Assembly: GCA_965203295.1 (NCBI GenBank)
Contig: CBDBCZ010000018.1
Coordinates: forward strand, 2,304,001 to 2,368,000
From: Nitrospirales bacterium
GTDB taxonomy: Bacteria > Nitrospirota > Nitrospiria > Nitrospirales > UBA8639
Direction of reading: 5' to 3'
DNA length: 64,000 bases
Below, one piece after another: positions 26,056-42,302 of this stretch. How positions within the stretch are numbered: position 1 is the stretch's first letter; every line of letters starts with the position of its first letter. The notes below the pieces were generated by a model. That model was not told the origin of the DNA, did no database searches, and saw only the letters and a program-made list of their open reading frames with translations. A program made the translations under genes and the position numbers.

Positions 26056-27554
26056 AGTTATACATCTGTGTAGTTTGAGCAGTGGTTGAAAGTTTTGTTC
26101 CCTTAGTTCAATAGTTGTTGTGTTCATGGTTTGAAAATTAGGCTCTATCGCGAATTCTATTGCTGGTTAGGCCACACGTTTCTGAGGATTTTTCAAAGAG
26201 GATTAAAGGCATGAATGGCTGCAATCATGTACAGATAGAGAGAGGGACCAGTAAGGATTTACTGCATATGTACCTCATTGTGTTAAGCAAGCATAAAAGT
26301 CTCTGGAATCAACAATGACTATGGTGACAGCTAGTGCATTAGGTCACTGTGATATGTGGCATACATATAGAGCTTGTAATAGAGTCTTGAGATGATCCGA
26401 TTCACTTGGTAGAGACAATGATGGCCAAGTGTTCATGTTATTCTTCGTAACATCACCAGCTTCATACATTGTTTTACCACCCAGGGTAGGAAACCAGAAG
26501 GCAAAGTTACGTCAGAAAAATACCAGGCTGTACAAGAAGAGAGTAAGTCACAGTGTTACTGCATGAGCCTGTCAGTGCTTTTAAAAACAATAATCATCGA
26601 TCCTGCTATTACTGCCTAAGTTGTTATATACATACTGAGCTCTGGCATTCAGATTCTACAAATAGGCTATGCATACGTATTAGAGTGTACTAGTCATATT
26701 TGTACCGAGGCGTTATTGGCTCTATTATAGTGTTTCTGTAACTGCATCTACAAAGGTGATTACAATGTCATGTTGACTATTGTATAATGTTTATACTGCC
26801 GTGCAGGTAGTGAGCTCACACACATCACAAGCAGTGGCTGGAGTTCAACAGTATCCGAGCACCCAAATGAAAATTTACAAGCTCTACCAGAGAGTGCATC
26901 AGTGGTGATTTCAAATGCAGATACTGTGGACAACAACGTAAAGATTGATTTAGAAGCAGGAAGTCAAGATTCAAGTGGACGAGACTTTCTCTTTGTGACT
27001 ATTTACATGTAATGAAGCTGTCGTCACACGTTGAACTGTTCTTTTTTTTATTTCAAGTGAGTATGCCACATTTGTGCTGCATATACTTGCATGACACTGT
27101 AGAAGTCATATTTCAGATTTTGTACAATGTTTATCCTGCTATCACTGATAATTGTTGTATTATTATTTTATTACTCCTTTTGGGGCGAGCGTGAATTACT
27201 ATTTTTTTTTTGTATTACTCCTTTTATGGCGAGTTTTTATTTATTTATTTATACTATATGAGCCCCCCCCCCCCCCTTAATGTAGACCTGTGCGTGCGCG
27301 TGCGTCCGTGCAAGGTCTATTCCGTAAAAACGTTGGCATGCCTACAGAGAAAGGAGTGCGGCCGAATCCCATGTGTGCTGTGAAGAAGGACAGAAGGCTA
27401 CAAAGCGAGCGAGCACGGTGAAGGCGGAGACTGTTGGGTGAGTCGGCTCATAGATAATGGTCGGCTGAAGCTAGGGAGGCCGACGATCGAACGAACGCTT
27501 ACATATGTACGCAGGCGAGAAAGCAGGGCAGCAGCGCAAGGGCAGAGAATGATG

Positions 27555-27712
27555 AAGTCCCGCGATGCCATGAACATTGAGGAGAAGGTGGTATGTCTCC
27601 TGTGCAGAGTAGTCCCTCTCTGCAGTCGTGTTTATCAGTAGCTTCTGAACTGCCTTCAACGACTTGTCATCATCATTCACAACAGCAGCAGCATACACAT
27701 CCTTCAGCATCT
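27555..27712 (-). pseudogene. Helitron/Helentron RepHel fragment (also 29352-29530 -, 31270-31495 +, 59222-59400 -)
   Basis: Composite of copies: CEPRSQMLKDVY...KSLKAVQKLLINTTAERDYSAQETCHLLLQLPMFMASRD, resembling the RDxSAQE segment between Rep and helicase in Helitron-type proteins. Confidence 0.65.
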
Positions 27713-27715
27713 ATG

Positions 27716-28235
27716 CTCTTTGAAATATCTTCAGAAACGTGTGGCCTAACCAGCAATAGAATTTGTGCAGATAGAGCCTGATTTTCGAACCATGAACCCA
27801 ACAACTATTGAACCAAGGGAACAAAACTTTCAACCACTGCTCAAACTACACAGATGTACTATTACTTTATCCAATCAGTGGAAATGTACAAAACCAATTT
27901 ATATGTATTTTTACCTTTCCTTCAAAGCTGTGCAGCAGTATTTTCAAAGGAAACACTGATCTTTATGGACTTACACTGAAAATAATGACAGTCTCGCATC
28001 TTCAAGACGACAAAGACTAGTTATCTACTTTTGATTCCCCCCCCCCCCCCCCCCCACAAACATACAATTTAAAAGTTAGGTATGCATTACATAAAAGTGT
28101 GCCAGAGACAGGACATAGCTAACAGTTGCATTAATTACTGCTTATCTGTGATGGTAGGGAAATCGGAGAAAAGGCGATAATGTGTTATCTGTGATGGTAG
28201 GGAAATCGGAGAAAAGGCGATAATGTGTGGCAAAG
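27716..28235 (-). repeat. Inverted 520-bp patch, almost identical to 32964-33488
   Basis: Identical ORF peptides (27765 = 33013, 27808 = 33056) and the same internal tandem duplication ttatctgtgatggtagggaaatcggagaaaaggcgataatgtg x2. Confidence 0.9.
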
Positions 28236-30746
28236 TTACGTCAGAAAAATACCAGGCTGTACAAGAAGAGAGTAAGTCACAGTGTTACTGCATGAGCCTG
28301 TCAGTGCTTTTAAAAACAATAATCATCGATCCTGCTATTACTGCCTAAGTTGTTATATACATACTGAGCTCTGGCATTCAGATTCTACAAATAGGCTATG
28401 CATACGTATTAGAGTGTACTAGTCATATTTGTACCGAGGCGTTATTGGCTCTATTATAGTGTTTCTGTAACTGCATCTACAAAGGTGATTACAATGTCAT
28501 GTTGACTATTGTATAATGTTTATACTGCCGTGCAGGTAGTGAGCTCACACACATCACAAGCAGTGGCTGGAGCTCAACAGTATCCGAGCACCCAAATGAA
28601 AATTTACAAGCTCTACCAGAGAGTGCATCAGTGGTGATTTCAAATGCAGATACTGTGGACAACAACGTAAAGATTGATTTAGAAGCAGGAAGTCAAGATT
28701 CAAGTGGACGAGACTTTCTCTTTGTGACTATTTACATGTAATGAAGCTGTCGTCACACGTTGAACTGTTCTTTTTTTTATTTCAAGTGAGTATGCCACAT
28801 TTGTGCTGCATATACTTGCATGACACTGTAGAAGTCATATTTCAGATTTTGTACAATGTTTATCCTGCTATCACTGATAATTGTTGTATTATTATTTTAT
28901 TACTCCTTTTGGGGCGAGCGTGAATTACTATTTTTTTTTTGTATTACTCCTTTTATGGCGAGTTTTTATTTATTTATTTATACTATATACTCTTTTTGGG
29001 ACGAGCGTGATTATTTCTTTTGTATTACTAGTAATTTCCCTTTGAAATGAGCGCGAGTGAGCCCCCCCCCCCCTTAATGTAGACCTGTGCGTGCGCGTGC
29101 GTCCGTGCAAGGTCTATTCCGTAAAAGCGTTGGCATGCCTACAGAGAAAGGAGTGCGGCCGAATCCCATGTGTGCTGTGAAGAAGGACAGAAGGCTACAA
29201 AGCGAGCGAGCACGGTGAAGGCGGAGACTGTTGGGTGAGTCGGCTCATAGATAATGGTCGGCTGAAGCTAGGGAGGCCGACGATCGAACGAACGCTTACA
29301 TATGTACGCAGGCGAGAAAGCAGGGCAGCAGCGCAAGGGCAGAGAATGATGAAGTCCCGCGATGCCATGAACATTGAGGAGAAGGTGGTATGTCTCCTGT
29401 GCAGAGTAGTCCCTCTCTGCAGTCGTGTTTATCAGTAGCTTCTGAACTGCCTTCAACGACTTGTCATCATCATTCACAACAGCAGCAGCATACACATCCT
29501 TCAGCATCTATGACCGTGGCTCGCATAAATTGATGGCCGCTAACTGGTGTCGAGGTTGCAGCTGTTCTGTCACTAGATACGCTTTTAGCTTGCCTTGTCT
29601 GCAAGTCTCAAATCACCCCCACAACTGAACGGCTGGGTAGATGTGCAAAGTGTGATGCCCTTCAAGCACTTAAACACTGTAAGAAACAGTGGAGTGCTAA
29701 GCTCACCTTTCTTTCATAACGCTCAATATTTTTGGCACCTCCAAAATCATTGATTCCGATCTGTGAAGGCCTTTTCCTTGACTCTGTTTGGTAATGGTTG
29801 CTGCCTTGTGCTCTTTATTACATGGAAGAAATAGGTTTACATGATGCTATAGATACATATGCATACTTAGCAACCACAGTTAGTTGTACAAGGCAATAAC
29901 TGTTACACTATGTTATAGCAGTTGTGATAGAGACCCCCACCAAACATTGTCAGGCATAGACAGTAGAGTAGAAGGACAGGGATTGGAAACTCAATTAACA
30001 CATAATATTGCACATTTTGTACTATTTGTATACTACTATTCTACTCTACTATGGTCAGGGAATCTAATTTACAGTGCAAGACTCTATGTCAAAGACTTTC
30101 AATGTCAATGGCTATCACTTAACGTCTAACAGCAAAAAATGTGTCAAAGACTAGCTACTTTATTTTGTAGGTCTACAGAGGTTTGCACTCGAAAAATACA
30201 AGGCCTAAGCTTACTCTAACGCTACAGATGAAAGGCTCATTACTGAGCAGGGCAAGCTTTCTGGTTTCTACTCTGCACAGTCACTTGCAAGCTTTTGCAA
30301 ACCTCTGTACCGACACGGGAGCTAATCTCGCGAGCCAGACTGTACGGGGGCTAGCTACGTACCCTGGCTGACCAAATTACAGTACAGAACGGGTACATAT
30401 TAGCGAGTACAATCTTACATGGCTTGAGATAGCTTTATTCTCCCGTTGTATGAGTGGCCAGCAAGTTTGAAATTCTCTCCACCCCTCCCTGACGAAGATT
30501 CCCGACGCTTCAGCGAGGCTTTGTCCATGACGACGCACAAACGCATTCATTGTGAATGAATGGGGGTGGGGCTGTCTAGACCTGTACCTGTACGCATACG
30601 CACAGTATTCAGAACTGTGTGGGCGCATAGATATTATCTACTAGGTGAATGCAGACATAGATAATAGAGTATTATCATCTATTATCTATCTCTATTTTCT
30701 ATGATGCAGAGCACTGTGGGGCGAGCGAGTTCATCATGCATAACTG
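28229..30746 (+). repeat. Copy A': direct repeat of 26500-27715, continuing as a match to 59370-60012 and 63419-64000
   Basis: Identical ORFs 27012 = 28741 and 27438 = 29235; 30183 matches the end of 63203. Confidence 0.9.
30656..30703. mobile_element. 48-bp CATAG...CTATG MITE with 7-bp TSD (second copy 63910-63957)
   Basis: atgcaga [catagataatagag...ctctattttctatg] atgcaga; it interrupts a minus-strand HINE 3' end (ctaggtgaatgcagagcactgtggggcgagcg). Confidence 0.8.
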
Positions 30747-33499
30747 ACTTTGATATGATCATCATGATAATATGGAGGGATGTAGTTGAGAAATGTTAGT
30801 GTGGTTTGTACTTAATGCCTGTGAATGCCAGTGAGGCTGTACGTCAAAGTAAACGGAGGGGCAGATAGGAGGGAAGTTTCGGTGACCTATTCATCTTGCA
30901 TGTGCAATGTAGACAAGTTAAGATTGGCTAATACGGCGCGGTCTGACGTATCACTTTCTTCTATGATCTCATGTTTGGACCCAGGTTAGTTCATTATGTA
31001 CATACAATAGGCACAGTGTCACATTGCAGATTGCTTCTGTTACTGTTTTTTCACACGCTCTTGCTGGCCTTTGCATGAACACGATCAGCCTAGTATGATG
31101 TGTGGGCTGGGTAGCCCCTCCACTGTTTCTTAAAGTTTTTCAGTGCTTGAAGAGCATCGCACTTGCACATCTACCCAGCTGTTCAGTTGTGGGGTGATTT
31201 GAGACTTGCAGACAAGGCAAGCTAAAAACGTGTCTAGTGACAGAACAGCTACAACCTCAACACCAGTTAGCGGCCACCAATTTATGCGAGCCACGGTCAC
31301 AGATGCTGAAGGATGTGTATGCAGCTATTGTGAATGACTATGACAAGTCGCTGAGGGCAGTTCAGAAGCTCCAGCATGATAAACGTTTAACACCACTGCA
31401 GAGAGGGACTACTCTGCACAGGAGACATGCCACTAACTTTCTCCTTCAACTACCAATGTTCATGGCATCGCGGGACTCAGTCATCATCCTCTGCCCTTGC
31501 GCTGCTGCCCTGTGTTTTCGCCGGCGTACATGTAAGCGTTCGTTCGATCGTTGGCCTCCTTAGCCGCGTTCAGCCGACTCACCCAACAGTCTCCGCCTTC
31601 GCCATGCTCGCTCGTTCTGTAGCCTTCTGTCCTTCTCCACAGGGGTTTCGGCCGCACTCCTTTCTCTGTAGCGCTGTCTGCGCCGTTCCAGTGTCCGCTG
31701 TCTACACAAGTCACTCATTCTCTCTCTCCAGAGTGCACGCTCATGTTGCAGAGGATTATAAGAGTAAAGCAGTTGAAACGCGTGACAACAGTATTAGAAA
31801 TAGGCATGCTAACGTTTTTACGGAATAGTCCATGCGCACGGACGGGGGGCCGGGGGGCTCGTTCGCGCTCGTTTCAAAAGGGAAATTACTACATGTAGTA
31901 ATAAAAAAGAGTATATAGTATAAAAAAATAAATAAAAACTCGCCATAAAGGGAGTAATACAAAAAAAAATAGTAATTCACGCTCGCCCCAAAAGGAGTAA
32001 TGAAATAATAATACAATAATAATCAGCAATAGCAGGATAAACGTTGTACAAAATCTGAAATATGACTTCTACAATGTCATGCAAGTATATGCAGCACAAA
32101 TGTGGCATACTCACATGAAATAAAAAAAGAACAGTTCAACGCGTGACAACAGCTTCATCACATGTAAATAGTCACGAAGAGAAAGTCTCGTCCACTTGAA
32201 TCTTGACTTCCTGCTTCTAAATCAATCTTTATGCTGTTGTCCAAGGTATCTGCATTTGAAATCACCACTGATGCACTCTCTGGTAGAGCTTGTAAATTTT
32301 TATTTGGGTGCTCGGATACTGTTGAGCTCCAGCCACTGCTTGTGATGTGTGTGAGCTCACTACCTGCACGGCAGTATAAACATTATACAATAGTCAACAT
32401 GACATTGAAATCACCATTGTAGATGCAGTTACAGAAACACTATAATAGAGCCAATAACGGCTCGGTACAAATCTGACTAGTACACTCTAAAACGTTTGCA
32501 TAGCCTATTTGTAGAATCTGAATGCCAGAGCTCAGTATGTATAAAACAACTAATGCAGTATTAGCAGAATCGATGATTATTGTTTTTGAAAGCACTGACA
32601 GGCTCATGCAGTAACACTGTGCTCTTCTTGTACAGCCTGGTATTTTTCTGATGTAACTTTGCCTTCTGGCTTCCTACCCTGGGTGGTAAAACAATGTATA
32701 AAGCTGGTGATGTTATGAAGAATAACATGAACACTTGGCCATCATTGTCTCTACCAAGTGAATCGGATCAGCTCTAGACCTCTACCGCAATCACTATATG
32801 TATGCCACATATCATAGTGACCTAATACACTAGCTGTCACCATAGTCACTGTTCATTCCAGAGACTTTTATGCTTGCTTAACACAATGAGGTACATAAGC
32901 AGAAAATCCTTATTGGTCCTGCTCTCTATCTGTACATGACTGCAGCCATTCATGCCTTTACTCCTCATTGAAATATCTTCAGAAACGTGTGGCCTAACCA
33001 GCAATAGAATTTGTGCAGATAGAGCCTGATTTTCGAACCATGAACCCAACAACTATTGAACCAAGGGAACAAAACTTTCAACCACTGCTCAAACTACACA
33101 GATGTACTATTACTTTATCCAATCAGTGGAAATGTACAAAACCAATTTATATGTATTTTTACCTTTCCTTCAAAGCTGTGCAGCAGTATTTTCAAAGGAA
33201 ACACTGATCTTTATGGACTTACACTGAAAATAATGACAGTCTCGCATCTTCAAGACGACAAAGACTAGTTATCTACTTTTGATTCCCCCCCCCCCCCCCC
33301 CCCCCCCCACAAACATACAATTTAAAAGTTAGGTATGCATTACATAAAAGTGTGCCAGAGACAGGACATAGCTAACAGTTGCATTAATTACTGCTTATCT
33401 GTGATGGTAGGGAAATCGGAGAAAAGGCGATAATGTGTTATCTGTGATGGTAGGGAAATCGGAGAAAAGGCGATAATGTGTGGCAAAGCGGTTAGGTGG

Positions 33500-34700
33500 T
33501 GGAACGGGGAGAAGATTATGATAAGGAGACTGGTTTACAAGGAGATTAGTATTAGCAGGGAAGATAAATGGGGAGAGTGTTACAAACTATGTTCGGAAAT
33601 CAAGGAATTGGTATAGATAGTTGAAAGGAAGTGATTGAAAAGGCTAATAAAGATTTTCATGAAAACAGGAAAGAGTTCTTGGGCATTTGTTGGCAGGATC
33701 TTCAAAGGGTAGTCGTAAGGGTATGTTGCTTATTTGAGGGTTCATGTGTAACCAGTACCAAGGGAGTATTATGTGAGCATTATGAAAGACTGTCTACAGC
33801 ATCTGAAGATGTTCAGTTTGATGGTAGCTGGAAAGAGCATGTAGGGCAGAAAGTGACAGAGTACAGTGAAATGTCTCGATTACGGAAGGTTAAGGTTTTG
33901 GACAGTGGAATTAGTTTTGCAGAAATTTAACTAAAACCTTAAAGAATAATAATGCAGGAGGTAATGATCGGCTTGTCATTAGTCTGTTGAAAGTCTAATC
34001 TGAAGTAGTTTGTACAGTGGAGACTGTTCCAAAACAAAGAGGACAAGTGTTAATTTTTAGCTTGTATAAGAAAGGTGATACTGAGGGCCCGGGTAATTAC
34101 AGAGGCATTACATTATTGAATGTGGGAGGAAAATTGTTCTAAACAATCGCGTAGTAATCACATTAGAATAAGAAAGAGCTCTTTATGAAGATTTAGAGAG
34201 AAAATGAGTCATGTTGATGGCATCTTTGCTCTCAATGAAATCATACCACGTAGAATGAGGGACACTTAAGCTTTATTTTTTTTAAAGTAGTTGACAGAGT
34301 TGACATGATCACACAGAGTGCTGTTTTACTGAAGAGAGAAATATCTGATATAGGTCAGGGGGTGGCACAGATTTGTAGTATGTCACCTATCTTATTAACT
34401 CTATTAATCAGTTGCTAGATGAGGTTGAGAAGGCTGCGATTGGCATTAATATTAAGAAGGATGTTCAGGTTGGGGGTCTAATGTTTGCCGATGATTTTGT
34501 AGGTTTAACTCCTAATGCTGAGGACTTACAAACATTGATTAATGTAGTACAGGGGTTTTGTAATAAATGGAGGTTGAAATCTAACATAAAAAGAGTGTTA
34601 TTATGGTATTTTCTAAAGAGGTTGATACAGGCACATGTTCTTATTCCGAAATCTGGCTCCAGGTGGACCAAATTTAAAAGGATTAGCTACTTGATGTAGA
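33500..34700 (+). mobile_element. Decayed non-LTR retrotransposon (LINE) reverse transcriptase; inverted copy 56078-57245
   Basis: KKGDTEGPGNYRGITLLNVGGKLF, GQGVAQICSMSPIL, GGLMFADDFVGL...FCNKWRLKSNI; many stops and frameshifts. Confidence 0.9.
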
Positions 34701-35675
34701 TGACCTACTGCACGTTAGAGACTCAGGTAAATTACATAGCTGCAATCCAGCATGCAGGTATGGGGCTATTATAATATAGGCTCATCGCGCTAAGCTGTCT
34801 GGCATACACAGCGTGCTTGATGTCTACACAGAAGCTTAACATTTCAATGACAATGTTGATGCATTTTATATACTAGATGTCAAGATATATACAGTACATA
34901 CTTTCCCCTATATTATACGGGCGCATACGTATGTATGTGTATCCCATAGCTGGGAGAGAGTTACGTGTACTTCATTACTCTACTTAGTGCTTACCGTTCG
35001 AGCGTGGCATGTTTCATATAAAATAACCCTCTCTCAATGCAACCTTCATCATGCAAACATCAATGTACATATGATACATTGTATTTTCATGTAACGTACC
35101 ATAGATAGCAGTAACATGAAGCTGTGATGGTTGAAGATTAGACAGCCCAAAATGCTCCAGTAAATCCTCTGAAATTTGTAATGCAGCTATAGACTCCAGG
35201 GATGCTGTGGAGAATACTGTGGAGAAGCCCCAACTACAAAATTTGTGGGTAGGAAAGTGAAAGATTGCAATCTATCATTTCTGGAAAACATTCTTTGGTT
35301 AGGGCATAGGAAGACCATTCAATGGTGCTTTTGAACTCCCAAATGCAATTTTATCACAAATTGCTACTCCGCTGTTCAGTTTTTAACTGCAATTCACATC
35401 CAAAGCAATGTAGGGACAGCCCGTGTACTTTATACTACACTGACCCTGAGTATTCACTGGCACTTGCTAGAGAGCCTCTGTGATTTTCATAGAGGCTCCG
35501 GTGCGAGCCTACAAAGCTTGGATTCAAGGAGAATGATGAACAGGGTCTAGGCAAAAAAGAGAGTGAACATCAGAGTGAAAAACCGTACGTACATACTATA
35601 TGAGGAAGGCTACTCCCAACCCCCTTCAAGTACGTAATTCTATTTCTTTACAAAAGACTTAGTTTATCATTACTA

Positions 35676-36256
35676 CAGTAGACTAAGGTTATCAGGCACA
35701 CTTCATCATGTAGCACACATACGCTATCAGGCACATGCTCGCTTCTTGGCCCAAAGCTGTAAAAATTCAGAGGTAAAAACCTCGTTAACAGGCGCACATG
35801 TTACAATTAAACGAAACATGGGGTGGAGCAACTAGCACAAAAATAATTATTAAAGGATTGAACGAGAAACTAAGAGACTGTTAGCAGCTAGCTAGCTCTC
35901 TGGGTATGTGGCCAACAATCTTTCCGTCTCGATAGATAGCTACTGCTCGCTTGCCATGGTAGCACTGGGAACACTTTGTACACGTAGTGGCCACGAACAA
36001 CGCTTTCTTAGATCGTGATTCCATACTGGTAGTTAGTAATCTGCTAACAGCAACAAAGCTTCCCATTTTTTTAGCCAGCTAATGTAACCTTGCCGTGAAG
36101 AGCTTTAACTTTTTGCATCGACAGCTGTCGTTGACACATGCAATAAATAGGCATGGCAACCTTTAACCGCCGATATGTAGCACACTTCGTTATGTAGCGC
36201 ATACACTGTTGCTATTGTCCCAATTAGCGCATGCACCTGATAACTCGAGTCTACGG
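35676..36256 (-). mobile_element. TA-flanked pogo-like MITE carrying a HIRAN remnant
   Basis: TA-cagtagactaaggttatcagg / cctgataactcgagtctacgg-TA; minus strand ESVVRGHYVYKV...HGKRAVAIYRDGKIVGHIPREL. Confidence 0.75.
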
Positions 36257-36259
36257 TAT

Positions 36260-37075
36260 TTAAGCCATCCTCTCAAATCGACATGTAATCTACACGGTTT
36301 CACTTACCACTCAGTGTTAGTATATCTCTCGTCATTGGCTTTATACCACCACTTAAGTTTAATTGCACCTATCCCTTCTGCCCTTCAAAGATTCCAACCA
36401 CATATCTCCCCTTACTCCTTCGTTACACATTTTAAAAGAACAGCCAAGTACGTATCTTTTAGCTGTTCCTAGCTAAATAGATTCCAAAAAAAGTGATCTG
36501 CTATTTAATACAAGCCTACACTTCACTATCATATTCAAAAGTAGGGCAAAGTACCGAAACTAACAATAATTATATACTTATCCTTCTTGCAACTATACTG
36601 ATATTTCTAAAAACCTAAGTAGTTTTTTCTTTCCACTATTTACTACCTTCTGTACATGACTATCTCATGAACCACTACTAGCAAATTCAATGCCTATCAG
36701 TAACATGCAACCCTTGGAGTGTCTATATCTCCCCACTTCCATGAAGTGTTCCTGCATGTAATAACATCTGTAAATACCATAACAGCACTCTTTTTGATTC
36801 AACCTCCAAACTCCTGTACTACTCAAGAGTTCTCAGCATTAGTAATTAAACCTACATGTACCAAATTGTCAGCAAACATTAGACTCCCAACATTGTCTAT
36901 AGATATGCCAATCCCAGCCTTCCTAACCTCATCAAACAACTGAAATTTCACAAGTAAAACCGCACTCAGTGAAATGTCATACTAATAACTCTCCACATCT
37001 TACCCCTAACCCCAACTTCCCATAACTTATTACACTGTAAACCATAAGCCATCATGTCAAATGCTGAAAATATGC
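36260..37075 (-). mobile_element. Second, more decayed LINE reverse transcriptase fragment
   Basis: LFDEVRKAGIGISIDNVGSLMFADNLV..GLITNAE on minus strand, related to the 34412 RT. Confidence 0.7.
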
Positions 37076-37163
37076 AATTACACTGACATTAGTTTGTTGC
37101 GTAATTTACATGCATCCCTAATTTCAGTAAACGTTACAGACTCCTCCAATAGCAGAGACATTA

Positions 37164-38824
<1,661 letters not shown>

Positions 38825-39383
38825 CCATGTACTTTATACTACACTGACCCTGAGTATTCAGTGGCACTTGCTAGAGAGCCTCTGTGATTTTCATAGAGGC
38901 TCCGGTGCAAGCCTACAAAGCTTGGATCCAAGGAGAATGATGAACAGGGTCTAGGCAAAAAAGAGAGTGAACATCAGAGTGAGAAACCGTACGTACATAC
39001 TATATGAGGAAGGCTACTGTGCATCGTCAGGTTGAGTGACAATAGCATAAGTGAGAATAGTTAGCTACGTGTATAATACAAGGTGCTACAAGTAAATGAA
39101 TGGTTTGCAATCTGCTAAGTATGGGTCTTCGAGGACTGGTCGTCGTGATTGCAGGCTCACACAACTAGTAGTACACCGATTCAGAAACAAAAATGTGTGC
39201 CACCTGCAGGGAATCATGATCAAGAGCTTTTCCTGTACTTATGCTCTTATATACAGTTATATGCAGTTGCACTGTATTGGTGGTGAAACTATGAATGTAC
39301 ATACAAAACCATATCAAAAGGTAAACACTATGAACAAATATGTCAGTGCTATAGTACATGTATGTGAAGTGACAGGTTCCTAC

Positions 39384-40017
39384 CCTGAATCTCTGTAAAC
39401 ACATTAAGATCCATAAGTCTCTGTCCTACATCCTATAAAGTAAAGAGAAAATGATAGAATGTTCCAACTGCATGAATTAAAAAGTAAGAGGCATAGTCTG
39501 TACAACATAATATAACAACATACATACGTATAGGTGCAGTGCGTTCACACAGGGTGTGCAATTGAACACGCATGTCGTGCAAACATAAATGTACTTATGC
39601 AATGCAAAATGTAACATGTGAGCCTGTTAGTATCTAACAGGCACAGTGACACTACACAGTCATACTTACCCTAGCCACTTGCACATTAGAAACTCCCTCC
39701 ATATTGTGCACAAACCACTTCACTGCAGCTGAACCTGTAAAGATGTGTACTCCAGATGCTTCCTGTGGAGTAGGAACAATAGTTCCTTGCAGATGATTAT
39801 TTGCAGACAGCTGACACCGATAACTTACCAATACCTCTCCTCATTACATGCAACAGTATCAATGTACTATTAAACCCCAGTATTAACTGAGTTCTGAATA
39901 ACGTAATTGACACATGACATTATACATGCGTAATATTCTCACCTGGCATGGTATTCCTGTACTGGGATGTGCTAGTGCATCAATATACTCTCTAAGAGTA
40001 ATTGCCGAAGTATCATC
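39384..40017 (-). pseudogene. Three spliceable exons encoding a DEP-like domain
   Basis: 40017-39943 DDTSAITLREYIDALAHPSTGIPCQ; 39762-39670 EASGVHIFTGSAAVKWFVHNMEGVSNVQVAR; 39432-39384 DVGQRLMDLNVFTEIQ. Clean AG/GT sites and consistent phase; fits the DEP pattern P.TG...F.GS.AV.W...A..GQ.L.D. Confidence 0.65.
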
Positions 40018-42302
40018 CTGCAGAGAACAAGTGAGAACTAGAACCCTGCGTAGCTACATGTGCCTCTTCCACATAATGCATGTTACTCTGGTCCCGTTGT
40101 GGCTGTACCATCACATATGTTCATGCTCTTGCTATGTTAGTGTACTCACGTACAGGTGTGCTGCAAAATACATATACATGAAAAGTGGCACAATTCAAGC
40201 TTGATCGTGTAGCAATTGATTTACACTTCATTGTTGAGTTGAACACTACTAGCGTGAAGCAGATGAGCTCTCCATTAGATTGAATTTGATAGCAACTTTA
40301 AGTGAACTGAAACGTAACCGTTTTAAAACTAACTCACTTTTCAGCTTACCATTTTAACTACAGTATGTATTTAATGGTGTTTATACATGTATTACTGTCA
40401 GTCTGCACATATCTTCTTACAAAATGGAGCATACACATACTATGCACATGCCCTACAATGATGCGGTTAATTCCATAGCTGCCCTGACAAAAAAGCTACC
40501 TGATTGAGAAAAAGAAGTAAACAGGAATGTACTTACCTGACGATGATGATGATTACATAAATATGTATACATCTAACCAGTGCACGCCTGTTTAAACACA
40601 GTTACTCAAGTGTTAATACCATGAATGTACATACTGGTATACGTACAACTCACTGACCAGATGAATATTATGGGTGTGCAGTGAATAAGCGCTAAGGGGG
40701 CTCACTCCTCCGGCCTATAAAGCTTTGTAAACTATAGCCTGCAGGAAGAGGGACATGAAGATCTGTGAGACAGAAACCCAGCAACAGTACAGACATGCCT
40801 ACATTCTGAAGTACAATTGTAGTTAACATAACAACAGATGAGACATCTTTGCACAGATGCAGTGTCCACTCCCTGCAGTCTCTGTTTCAGACAAAAAAAA
40901 CATTGAAGGGAGACTTGAATATAAAGGAACTGGAAGAGTATGTACTTCCAAAACAGCTAGATGTTCAGATCATATTCAATCACAGTTATAATAGCTTCAG
41001 AGCTGAATCTCTACCTTATGAAGGCAAAATAGCGGTGGCTACTAATGAAGGGCAGTGTCTATTCGCGGAAACACAGTATTGATATGCACAGTGAAATTAA
41101 GAGATAAGAATTCCTGTAAACCCCATACATATGTATAGTGAAATTAAGAGATAAGAAAATAGGTGTTCCTGTTCTAGAAGCACCCTTTAACATCTCTGCA
41201 GACAGGGGATGATGCTTGACTGGGGCTTTAAGAAGAACATAACAATGCCCATAAATGTAATTACTGCAGAAAATGTATGAAGACCATTAAACACTAGCTT
41301 GATATCACTCTATCTACATCAGTGTGCATGGATTCAAGCTCTAACCACTTCAGTACTTTCCTTAATGGCCTCTCTTTTAAAAAACTCATGGACTCACAAG
41401 ATCTTCTTTCAATCTTTTCGGGTGTGTCTGGTTCATCCTGTGAGAAAGGGGGTATATTACGTACATATATGTATGCACACATAGTCTGAGTATGTGCCTA
41501 CACATACACTGCAACAGTAGTTATGATGGTACACGTATACAGATAATGCTACCATACTTTGACAATATATACCGGTATCATTGTATTTTCTATCATTTGA
41601 ATGCAATGAATGGTGTGTTCACATGTTAGGCATTGTAGTCGTTCCAGTGCTGGTGCTAGCCATGTTGGTTAGGCTGTGATTGGTTACCAGAGTGCTGCAG
41701 CGGGAACTTTAAAGTAGTACAGCTAGTAGCAATATCACAGCTGCTGGCAAAGCTGACCAAAAATTTCCATAGTTCATGGTAGTTCTATATGTGTAATAGT
41801 TACCTTGCTGTCGTGATCTGTACTTGTTGAGGGCTTGTGCTACCTGAGAAGGGCTTGTATCTGCGGAGTCAAAGCCAAGGGCTGGGCTCCCATCGTAAGG
41901 TTTGTGATTTTAGTATGAGCAAAAGGTTACTGTTTATTTGTACATATGATTAGCTAAGAGCTGAGGTGTTATTAACTTAATATTTGGTTGAAACTGGTCT
42001 TTATTCTTCTCTCCAAGTTTCTTTTTCACTGTAAGATTTTTTTGTGGTGAAAGGCTTTTTTCACACATATCACTCTATTTCACTGTACATTCACAAAGGC
42101 CGGAAGATGAGTGTGCAGAGGTGAAGAAAGGGAGGGAGTACTTTACCAAGCTAAGGGAAGAAATTGCAGCCTGGAGATGGACATGAAGGTGGAGTGCATG
42201 GTGCAGACTCACAATACAAAATCAACTGATTAAACTAGAGCTGGGATATACGTATGGGTCAAAGAATTTCCTTTTTTGTGGCCAGCTTATGTACCTGATT
42301 GT

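Larger units (their letters stand above)
20081..27715 (+). repeat. Segmental duplication copy A (+)
   Basis: Matches the reverse complement of 46805-41830 and 33545-31300, and matches 51609-59370 directly, with a deletion of about 3.5 kb at ~25510. Many near-identical ORF-track peptides recur between copies. Confidence 0.9.
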
